A DNA stretch of 64,000 bases from Neophaeotheca triangularis (Eukaryota), in the NCBI GenBank assembly GCA_054600435.1, contig BAAIJX010000032.1, forward strand, positions 62,001 to 126,000, given 5' to 3'. Within the stretch, counting starts at the first letter, position 1. Each line of letters starts with the position of its first letter. The position numbers were made by a program, and so were the translations under genes. Below are positions 1 to 10,215 of this stretch, one piece after another. The notes below the pieces were generated by a model, which saw only the letters and a program-made list of their open reading frames with translations, was not told the origin of the DNA and made no database searches.

Positions 1-1599
1 AGGATCTTGTAGGATCCCGCCAAAATATTTCGCCAGCTCATTGAAGATCTTCATACTAGGGACGATGTCATTACGTGGGCTAACTAGTAGACTGTTATAG
101 AGAACAGGTAACTACTAGCGACACCTACCTATACCGCTAACTTGAGAGCCTTAGTACTATTAGTAAGCTTAAGCTCTTCTAGAGGTTAGCGCGCCGATCG
201 CATAGTCGACAACCTAAATAAGGTAGCTAAAGTCGATAGTACGGAACCTAAAGGTCGAGGAAATGAGTCTAGAACTAGAAAACGCAGCTAGGAGAAGCAG
301 GCTTAGGGTAAGAAGCATTAAGGAAGATAAAAGCGTTAAAGCTAAAGGCGCTAGACTCTAGCTCTAACCGTCGTCTCGGTATAGCTCACTATGTGAGCGT
401 AGATCCTTTTCCTTTTCCTTTTACTTTTACTCTTGCTTATAGGTAGTGGGTAGGGGATCGGGCTATATGCTCGAAATAGGGCTATAGCGTTTTAAAGGTA
501 TCTACCTTGAATAACCTTCTAGAGCTTGGTTAGGCCTCGTGGTCTACTTCGTAAATGTCTGCGTTTAGGGGTGTGAGCATGAACGGAACCCTATGAAAAC
601 AAAACTAAAACAAATTATAGCTAGCTCTAGGGCGGAAGTTGCTAGACACTCTAATAGTAAGTGGGATGAGTGTGAAAACTCGAAGTAATGGCGGAGGCAG
701 GAGGGTATAGGAGGGGGGGGTATGAGTAGGGATAGAACACAGCAAAAAAAAAAAAAAAAAAGGGAAAGACCACTCTTAGCTAGTAGGTAGAGGCTTTAGT
801 CGGTGACGCCGAATAGTGATGACTAGGAGGAGAGGCATAAGCTCCGGTGTAGGTAAGCGCGCGATATGGCAGCAAAAACAAGACAAAAACAGAATATAGG
901 TAGGGTATAGAGATAGCGATGGCTGCTTTAACGGGACCTTGCTTTCTAGGTAGGAAACAAAGTCGGGCGCGAGGGTGATATCTGAGATAGTAATGAAGGG
1001 CGTTAGTGGTTTAGTACGAAAAGGTCGGCCGCCTAGTGGCGAAGAGGAGGGAATTATGCTGTGAGTAAGGAGGCCTTGGGTCAAGTAGCCGTTATACGAG
1101 GGAAGAAGGAGTAAAGAGACACTACCTAGTGTAGCAGCAATCTACGGGTTTGCTACGAGCATAACAGAAGCCTAGAAGGTACGTTGTCGCTTATCTAGAG
1201 AGTTTCGAGCACTCACTAATACTTGTCATCTAGTAGGAATATTAACTACTCTACCTACTCGACAAATTAACTAGACTGGGGAGACTAAGCTCTCTTGAAG
1301 CACTTTTAGCTCTTTCCGACGCCTGCAGCTATAGACCGTAGATGCTCGTTACTAGGCCATCACGACTTAGTTGTTCCGAGCACTATTACCCGTGTGACAT
1401 CTTCACGTTAGAACAACAATTTGGCGGTACTAGTACTTAAGACAAGATATACTCGAGAGGTAAGCCGAACATTGTAACCTAGTGAGTAATCATTAAGCCA
1501 AGATCCTCGATGTCTCCTGCACTATACTCATATCGTGAAGCCGCTACCTTAAAACCCCCCCCCTACTCGACCCAAACCCCCTTAAAGCACCACCGTATC

Positions 1600-2559
1600 A
1601 TGGGCCCTACACGCTAGTTTTTCGGCACGCGCGCTAGCTACCCCTACGACTATGACCGCACTCCCTAACAGGCCTCTATAGCTACCGACCACTTCCGTAC
1701 CGACCGCACTAGCCCCCTCTACTAACCTAGCGTCGACGGCCTCAGCTTAACTCTCTAACAAGATCTCGACGAAGCTCGTAACGACGATAGCGAAACACTA
1801 GAATATAGTGCTTCCGCCTTTGTCCTTAACAGCAATGCTTTGGTCGAGCTTATCCCTCCCGTTATCGGTCCCTACGCTACTAGAGCTTAAAGCCTAGCAA
1901 CTCTATAGCTACTAAAGACCGGCCTAACCCTTCCTTAAGCTTTATCGCCTAGCTACAAACTCTCCTAAGCGTTATACTTTCGAACAGACGAGTTTTCATG
2001 ACATGCTGCGACATGGTAACACGATTACGATAAACACGAGCGTCAGCTTAGCGCTTCGAGCTAGCCGAGCCGTCTCACGAAGGCACTATCCGGCCTCTAA
2101 ACGGAACGACCTAGATCCGTTACGCTAGGGTAATACCTCACTACTTTTAGCTATACGAGCAATCTATCTCGCTAACCTAGCGGTAGCTAAATACTAAAAT
2201 ATCGCCTTAACCTCGTATTAAGGGCTACACCTAGCTAAGCTGTACTGTTAGTAACAGCATTCGAAAACCTTCAAGAAGCTTCTCGAGTCCTAGTATCGCT
2301 TATGGAAACTGAGCTTATGGCGTATTACTGACCTATAATCGCCATCATTCTATGTCGAGATCTCAAACATAGCTGTAGGCAGTTACAGGTTCCTTTAAAA
2401 GGCCTTTAAGTCAAGTAGCTCACATGCCTAGTGCTTCTCGCGCAATTCAGGGGGTAGGACACTAGAGGCTTTACCGCTACCCGAAGACCATACTAGGCTG
2501 CCTAGACTAGCCTTAGGTAGTTAGGAACAGGATCAGGTATGCAGAATATGTGCTAATAG
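1600..2559 (+). pseudogene. RIP-inactivated ORF of ~320 codons, unknown product
   Basis: ATG at 1600 opens a protein-like frame (MGPTR*FFGTRASYPYDYDRTP...AVLLVTAFENLQEASRVLVSLMETELM...) with stops mostly TAA/TAG plus two TGA, all explicable by C>T or G>A. True end uncertain. Confidence 0.5.
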
Positions 2560-2849
2560 GAGTGTAGGGAAGACAAGAGTCTAGAAAAGGTACTTTGCGC
2601 CATTAATAGCGCTATAGGTAGAAGGATCACGCTTAGTAGATAGTAGTAATTGATGAATAGTAGCAATTGATGATGAAAAATCAGCCCAAGTTCTCATAGA
2701 CTCTCTCTAATGTAATGCTTGTAAACATCGCTAATTTGTAGTATACAAATAACTACCCCCGGTCATAGCTTATAGATATAGTTAATGAGACGACCAATCT
2801 CACGTTGTGAAGCTAATCTATACAAGCGTAGAATCTAACTAACTATTTA

Positions 2850-4620
2850 CTGTAAATGCATAAGGTCTCCTTCTAATCTACACAGTGTTCACTTGCTCCC
2901 CGTTCTATCTCATAACTAATGAACCTCGGGTAGACCACATGTGTTACGCCTTAGTAGCGTGGCGGTCTCGCGAAGTAATAGCGTAACAACCGTTAACGGG
3001 CGTCTATCTTAGGTAGGAAATGGCACGACAGCTATCGCCTCTACGCTCTCTCGACAGAAAAGAGTATGCGTCGTAGTGTCCTGAAGTGTAAGGTGTAGTC
3101 GCTAGTTATGAACGCGTGCTATCGGTAGCTGTCTCGGACGACTTCGCCCGCTACCTCATAGATAAGCGATTTCGTTCTAGCTAACATCATCAACTATATG
3201 TGTATGATGAGCTAAGACTAAGTCACTAAGCACTAGTCGGTAGTCGGATCTGCTTGGAAAGGCGCTACTTTAGGAGCCTTAACATCTAGCCGGGTGCTAT
3301 AGACGGTAAGTCCCGATGACCTATAAGCTGTAAAGCAGGCACTTTCGTAGGTAGATAGAAAGTCGTAGCATAGGTTCGGCCTCTAATGTGCGTCTTAGAG
3401 AGAGAAGAATGACACCCACATACATGTGTACTACGCCGGAGAGTCACTTCGGTTATTAGTAAAGAGTGCTTCTAGCGGTAGGCCATGAAAGAAGGTGATA
3501 TGCTCCGTGACGAAAGAAACATAGGAAGTGTGAATTTGTCGTATCTTCTATCGTAACTCTAGTACGGTATACATTTCCTAGTGAACTGGCGTACCCGCCA
3601 TTAGTGAATTGGGTGCCTAGAGCGACGCGGTGCTAACATGTAGCAGCTTTAGCGTTTCTTCGTATACTTTCGAGCTCTACGGCTAAGCTTGATCTAGTAA
3701 TCTATCTGGCCGGTATCCCTAATGTGGAGGAGATAGTTACTAGGGCGTTTATTCGGGTTACGGTAGCACTACCTATACGGCAGTACTACTCTACGAGTGT
3801 AGAGAGGCACCTTTGTAGCGGGCCGGAGGGTTCCCGTACGACGTGAGTTGTTGTAGGTAGGTCTACTAGAGATACGCGCCGGATTACTTCGAGTGGCAAG
3901 ATCCCGACAAAGCTAGTGGTTAGATCGAGCATTGTGGCGAAAACCATGGCAATGCCTTACGCTGTCCTACTAGAGACATCACTAATAAGGGTTTGGCCTC
4001 GTCGATCTCGAAGGAAATGTAGTCCGTTAGCTGTGATCTTAATGTCGTAGTAGATTCTAATTGATACTCTAGATAGTGATGAATAAACCAATCGCGACGA
4101 CTAGGTAGTTAAGGTGTTTTACTAATGGTCTAGCATATGAGTCGTAGTGACTTCCTTGAAGATTACTAAGTGGTCGTCGCTCCTAAGGCCCGGGAAACAT
4201 TGATGCCCCACATAGCTCTAAGCCGGTTTGTAGGTCATCCTCGGAAACCCCCTCTAGGCTGATCTGTTTAAACATAACCCTATCCCCTACCCCTACCCCC
4301 CCCCCTCCTTATCTCTCTTCCCTAGGTAGGTTAGATGTTCCTTTCCTAGGATTACAGCCTTATCTATAACCCTCTCGACAAGATGTTCTGGAGCCTACCC
4401 CTTCTAGATCCGCGCATCTACTACCCATCTCCTAGTATAGGCAGCCTACTATCAAGTCGTCCTTTCGGTCGACGAGGTGGATACGACGGTTACTCTACTA
4501 GTATAGAGGTGCTCGTAGGTTGTATTCCTAGTGCTAACGTGCTCGTAGGTTACTTATCGGTTACGGAGGTAGATGCTATAGTTGCTATACCGGTGCAAAT
4601 GTGCGTGTTAGTTACTCTCT
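2850..4620 (-). pseudogene. RIP-inactivated gene relic, unknown product
   Basis: One minus frame reads as plausible protein when stops are read as Q/W (RRGGGRGRG...LRAMWGINVSRALG...RDWFIHHYLEYQLE...YEETLKLLH...IHTSYVSFVTEHITFFHGLPLEALF); possible short intron near 3383-3423. Boundaries approximate. Confidence 0.4.
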
Positions 4621-5003
4621 ATTAGTCATGTAAACGTTAGTTGCTTTACCGGTCGCGGAGGTAGATACCTTAGCTACTAAGTCGGTCGTAAAGATGAATC
4701 GCACGTTGGTTTCTCTTTCGGTGAAATGTAGGTAGATGCTACGGTCGCTCTATTAGTCGTAGAAGTAGATAGCATAGTTGCTTTGTTGATTAGATAGAGG
4801 TAGAACTCATAGTTTTTGATTGGTCGCGGAGGTAGATACCCTCCCTTAGTCGAGGGGGTAGATGGCATAGCTACTCCCTTCGCGGAGGTAGGTAGTATAG
4901 GAGTCCTATCGCTTACGGATGCCATGATTGCTTTGCCGGTCGAGTTGCTTTACTAGTCGCGGAGGTGCTCAATCGTTGCTCTATTAGTCGTAGAGGTAGG
5001 ATC
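4489..5003. repeat. Degenerate ~30-33 bp tandem/clustered repeat
   Basis: Recurring variants of GTTGCTTTACCGGTCGCGGAGGTAGAT near 4489, 4549, 4640, 4744, 4777, 4812, 4943 and 4975. Confidence 0.65.
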
Positions 5004-5659
5004 TAATGCCTATAGGGATGGTATCTACTACCGCCTCGCCTACCGTTTCGTCTTAGGCAATCTCTCTTTTCGGGAATCGTCCGCTAACCTACTATATCCC
5101 CTACCGACTCTACTATGACCCTAGACTCCGTCTCTATTAATGTAACCTCACCTACTATTAACTCTCACGTCTATATACCCCTCTAAGAAGAAGGGCCTTT
5201 CCTTTCCATAACGCTTTCGTCTCTACTAACTAGGCCACCACAAGAATACCTACTATCCCCTCGACTCCTATGGTATCCCTTCCCCCTTCTATCCCATTTC
5301 ATTCCCTAGGGTTCCTTAACCCCCCCCCCCCCCAAATTAATCCCCTCCCCTCCCTAGGCCATCCGACTAATCCTATTCCCTCCCCCTCCCCCGGTCTATT
5401 AAATTTACCCGCGCCCTCCTCTATCTAACCCCTCCCCCCCTCCCCTTACGCCTCTACGGCCCCTTCCTATTAGTCTTCCTGTCGGCGATATCTAATTCTA
5501 GAGTATCGTGCCGAAGTGCTTCAAACGCTTCGCAGCTTAGAGGAGGAGCCTGTTTAGTGGACCTAGTTCGAAGACAGTGGGATCTAACCTTCTTTAGGTA
5601 GTAAAGTCAAGCATGACTCCCCGCGCCACGCTGTGTAACAAGCCGAACCTGACGTGACA

Positions 5660-8600
5660 TTAGCTATTAAAACGGAATATTGTTAGCAAGAGGTAGTAAC
5701 CATTATATATGAAGCCCACTAGATTCGTTGATCTGTGCTAGTGACGATTAGGATCAGTCTAGCGGCAACTAGGGTATACCTGAGGAGCGAGCGCAGCTCC
5801 GGCTTGTGCTTTATCTAGAAGTTTGAAAGTATTACGCTGTATTCGCAATTCTTTCAACCATATAATGGCGGAATCGTTATAATGCCCGGCGTGTTACCTA
5901 GAATAATCCGTCTTGATGTGATAACATAACGTTTGAATCGTCAAGAATTACATGTACTTGAGATCCGCTTCTAGGGAGCGGTTACTACTATTAGTAGGGT
6001 AGAGTTTTTGCAACGTTAAGCTACTAGTGTGTCTATACATTAGACCAAGCGATCTCAACGAAAAACTGTACTAGGTAATATTATGCTAGTCGTCGTGTAT
6101 TCCCTAGTATACTAGCATATACTTACGAGGTAATATGGACTTGGGCACGACTGTTATGATATAGGCGTCCAGGTAAGGATAGAATTGGTCTATAAATGAG
6201 CCCTAGGAATCGTTGTCGGTAGTGATAGCGTCCTATCCGCACATCAAGAAGAGCACCTTAACCGGTCTCTACCTGTCACGAGAATACTTGACTAGATCTT
6301 CTAGTAACGCTAGCAGTAGGCCATCCCTCGCTTTACTCGGAAAACTGTCGTTACTCGTTCCCGGATGACGGATGTAAGGCATCTAGACAGGCCCTAGTGT
6401 TAGTAAAGCCGCGATGTTATCGGGATTATAAGATTAAGGATACAGTTCTCGACAATTAAAAGCCAAGTAGTGAGTGCGTATTAAGGTCTCAGCCCTCTTT
6501 TCAAGTTCTACGACGAGCTCATTCTTCTTATACTCTCTACTTGACCTCATGACTAGTATTGTGACATCGAAGTCTTTATTGATGTCGTTAGAGTCGAATA
6601 AGAGTGGGCCGGAGTCATTTCGCCTAAAAAGTGTGATTAGGGTAGAGGTATTATAGGCACGGCCGAAGCTATACGTCTGTTTAGAGCGAATGCCATATCG
6701 GTTACCATAAACTGGATCCTCAATTATCTTAAACGTGGGATCGCAACCGTCAAGTATAAGCTGTAGGGTTTCTCTTAGTTTAGGTAGCGCGTATAGACTA
6801 CTACTATAACTAGCCTATACAGCCTAATGTATCTCGTGTAGGCTGCTAGGGACATCATGTGACTTTAGAAAGTCGTAAATACGACTACGTATAAGGATCT
6901 TGCTTAGAGGCGATACTACATCACTATTACTAGTAGTACTAGGGGTCGTTCCTATCGTGGGAAGATTAGCTAGAGGCTTACTAACGACTAGCTCGTAAAA
7001 CTTCTAGAGCGACTACTATCTTAGTCGTTAGCCATGTTCGATAGGATTAGCTGCCTCGACGACTAGAGCGCCGGTTACGTGTTTCCTACAACTTTCCATG
7101 GTATACTAGCTAGAGTCCTTAGCGTTACTTTACTATAGACACGCTTTATTCAACACCTACTAGTTCACGCTTGACTAACCAAGACTCGATAGATTTGTAA
7201 GCGCTAAGACCTATGGGGGGACATCGTCCGGACCATATCTAGGGCTAGCGGAGTCGAATGCATAAAGCGAACTAATCTCATCATGAACGCTTATTGTCAT
7301 GTGGACCTAATGTGATGCTCCCTTGTTATAGATAACATGTAGATGAGTAAGACCTTATGGTAGGTTAAGCAGCTCAAGGCTAGCTTCTTATGATCTAGTA
7401 AACCATTCATGCCAAGATATAGGCATATAGCCTCGAGAGAACTCTGCCTAGAGTCGATTAATTACAGCCGGGTTTAGGAAGACGTCGTGACTAGGACGTA
7501 ACTACACGGATTCGCGGATCTAATTTAGGTGATACATGATAATAGTATCGTTAGCTTCACTCTCTAGATTGTTAGGCAGGACCACTACCATTTCAAGTAG
7601 CGAAGGTAGTGGTTAGTCCTCGCGGTCTACGAAATGTAGCGAAGTAGAGTTGTTATACCTAGACCTTACTAACTACGCTCTCGAGAGCTGCGTTTCTTAT
7701 AGTAGCGTATTGTAAGATCTCGAGAGCTCCTCGAAAGCCTTATTCTAAGGCGGGCTAGTGGTCTGCTCTTTAAGAGGATTATCACTTCCTAGAGTGTTCC
7801 TAATAGTAGGCCCTTTATTAGTAAGCTCCGCTACAACGCTAGTACGCGTTTGCTCGGCGGGTCTAGTCACGGCCCTAGGCGTATAAGATAGCTCGATGGG
7901 CGAATTAGCAATCCCTAAAGTGTTGCTATCCGTAGGCTCGTGGGTAGCACCTAACGCTATAATGATATCCCGTATTTGCTCGGGTATAATTGTCGCTCCG
8001 GGCGTATAGGACGCTTCAGATCCTTTCTACGTATCGCTTATTTAACGGCTTCTTGTCTCGTTCTCTATACCTATAACGCTAGCGCGCGTTTGCTCGGTAG
8101 GTCTAGTCACGGCCCTAGGCATGTAAGATGGCTCGATGGGCGAATTAGTAATCCCTAAAGTGTTGCTATCTGTAGGCTCGTGGGTAGTACCTAACGCTAT
8201 AATGATATCGCGTATTTGTTCAGGTGTAATTGTCGCTCCGGGCGCATAGGACGCTTTAGATCCTTTCTACGCATCGCTTATTTGACGGCTTCTTGTCTCG
8301 TTCTCCGTACCTATAGCTCTAACGCTAGCCTATGACTTCTCGGAGGGAATTGATCGCCTAGGAGAGCGCTCGCGGTTACGCTCTCGTCCACGTCTTTCTT
8401 TAGAGACGGCTCTTACGTTAGCGTGTACGTCGTTACCTTCCGGCTTGCCTTAGGTTACGAGGATGCTATTCGACACCCCGAGACGGCCTTATTAGTTCAT
8501 GATCTCCGTAGCGATAGTAGGAAAGCTAGTCTTAAGGGTACGTAACACTTACGCGGACGACGAGTTACGTAACGCGAACCTAACCTATACATTGTCTACC

Positions 8601-8760
8601 GAGTTCGGCATTACTCTAGCGCGGATACTCTACTTAATGCTTATAGAAAGCTTCCTAGACTTAGTGTGTTTACCTATCTTTCTTTGCAATGTGTTACCCA
8701 ATAAATTGAGGACAAGTATGCCGCAACGTACGCTCGCCGTAGCGAGTAAGACAGCGCTAA
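5660..8760 (-). pseudogene. RIP-inactivated ~1,000-codon multidomain gene: Ulp1/C48-like domain, winged-helix-like segment, resolvase-like domain, GATA-like C4 zinc finger
   Basis: Single frame without frameshift; all in-frame stops I read are TAA/TAG. Motifs: ANDTIIMYHLN (~7550), NKGASH(W)VH (His 7310-7312), LYAFDS (Asp 7253-7255), (QQ)SNAKDS(G) (Ser 7112-7114), TILVMRSS (6539-6562), PGTS..ARDGLLLALLEDL (6293-6364), VLFLMCG(W)DAITTD (~6215-6256), C-x2-C-x19-C-x2-C after de-RIP (5696-5776). Start codon uncertain. Confidence 0.7.
7835..8315. repeat. 240-bp direct tandem duplication (in-frame, 80 codons) inside the dead ORF
   Basis: 7835-8074 aligns without gaps to 8075-8314; by hand 20 differences, 19 of them transitions. 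Confidence 0.95.
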
Positions 8761-9388
8761 CGCTTAGGAGACCTAAGGCTAACGTGTCTAGAGGGGAGGA
8801 GAGGGGAGAGAGTGCGCGACGTACCTAGTAGCGGAATACTTCTTCTAGTTAGTAAGGAAAAGCGACAAGGCACACAATATAACGGCGACGAGGCCGAAGT
8901 ATGTAGCTAATGATGTTGTTGTCTTAGAACAATCATTGTGCCCTAGTCCCCGTGTATATTAGGGGATGAAGTCAACTAATTAGCGTGCTCCACTCTAACT
9001 TAACAGCGTTAAGAAGGTAGTTACGACTACCCTCTTTCTTCCTCTACTAGTCTCGTATACAAACAGAATGGACCGAGAGGTATACAACCTACCCTTATTA
9101 GTCGCACTTCAGCTCTCTACAATCAATCCATGCGAAATGTATTTTCGTTCGGTATCGATTAGTCGACTAGGAGAGATGCTAACTGTTATATGAAAACGAC
9201 GATTGTCTTCACGTACTTGCCTATTGAATTCATCAGATAATATGTGTTCCGTCGAGTCCGTCTGTTAATCGATCGTGACTTCCGTAGTAATGCCTTCCGC
9301 CTCTATCGTAGCCAGCCTACCTATCTCTTAATAGTGTTAGCTTCCCATTATAAGACCAAATCACTCGATCTAAACGGGTACATCACTA

Positions 9389-10215
9389 TCGACATAAGCT
9401 GGGAAGGCTCTTCCTCTTATATCCCTTATCGACATGAGCTAGGAAGGCTCTTCCTCTTCTTCTCGCGCGGCTATGTCGACATAAGCTAGGAAGGCTCTTC
9501 CTCTTACATCCCTTATCGACATGAGCTAGGAAGGCTCTTCTTCTTCTTCTCGCGCGGTTATGTCGAAACGAGCTAGGAAGGCTCTTCTTCTCGCGCAGTC
9601 ATGTCGAAACGAGCTAGGAAGGCTCTTCTTCTCGCGCGGTCATGTCGAAACGAGCTAGAAAGGCTCTTCTTCTCGCGCGGTCATGTCGAAACGAGCTAGA
9701 AAGGCTCTTCTTCTCGCGCGGTCATGTCGAAACGAGCTAGAAAGGCTCTTCTTCTCGCGCGGCCATGTCGAAACGAGCTGGAAAGGCTCTTCTTCCTCTT
9801 ATATCTATTGTCGACATGAGCTAGGAAGGCTCTTCTTTCCTCTCTTCCTCTCGCGCGGCTATGTCGAAACGAGCTAGAAAGGCTCTTCTTCCTCTTATAT
9901 CCGTTATCGACATGAGCTAGGAAGGCTCTTCTTTCCTCTCTTCCTCTCGCGTAGCCATGTCGAAACGAGCTAGGAAGGCTCTTCTTCTTACGACTATTAA
10001 TTGTCGACATGAGCTAGGAAGGCTCTTCTTTCCTCTCTTCCTCTCGCGCGGCCATGTCGAAACGAGCTAGGAAGGCTCTTCTTCTTACGACTATTAATTG
10101 TCGACATGAGCTAGGAAGGCTCTTCTTTCCTCTCTTCTTCTCGCGCGGCTATGTCGAAACGAGCTGGAAAGGCTCTTCCTCTCGCGACTATTATTAACAT
10201 GAGCTAGGAAGGCTC
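9389..10215. repeat. Higher-order tandem array, 19 copies of a ~25-bp core
   Basis: Core TCGA(CAT/AAC)GAGCT(A/G)G(G/A)AAGGCTCTTC; successive periods 40,47,40,47,41,41,41,41,41,43,53,43,53,44,53,44,53,40. Confidence 0.97.

Noticed and set aside
744..760. Poly(A) run as a retroposon tail
   Set aside because: No target-site duplication or adjacent RT-like sequence visible; treated as a simple homopolymer.
9683..10010. Track ORFs across the array as a repeat protein
   Set aside because: Unit lengths 40, 41, 43, 44, 47 and 53 are not multiples of 3, so frames rotate; artefact of the repeat.
9389..10215. CRISPR-like look (constant core with variable spacers)
   Set aside because: Spacers are short, repeated and mutually related; the host is a eukaryote and no cas genes are present.
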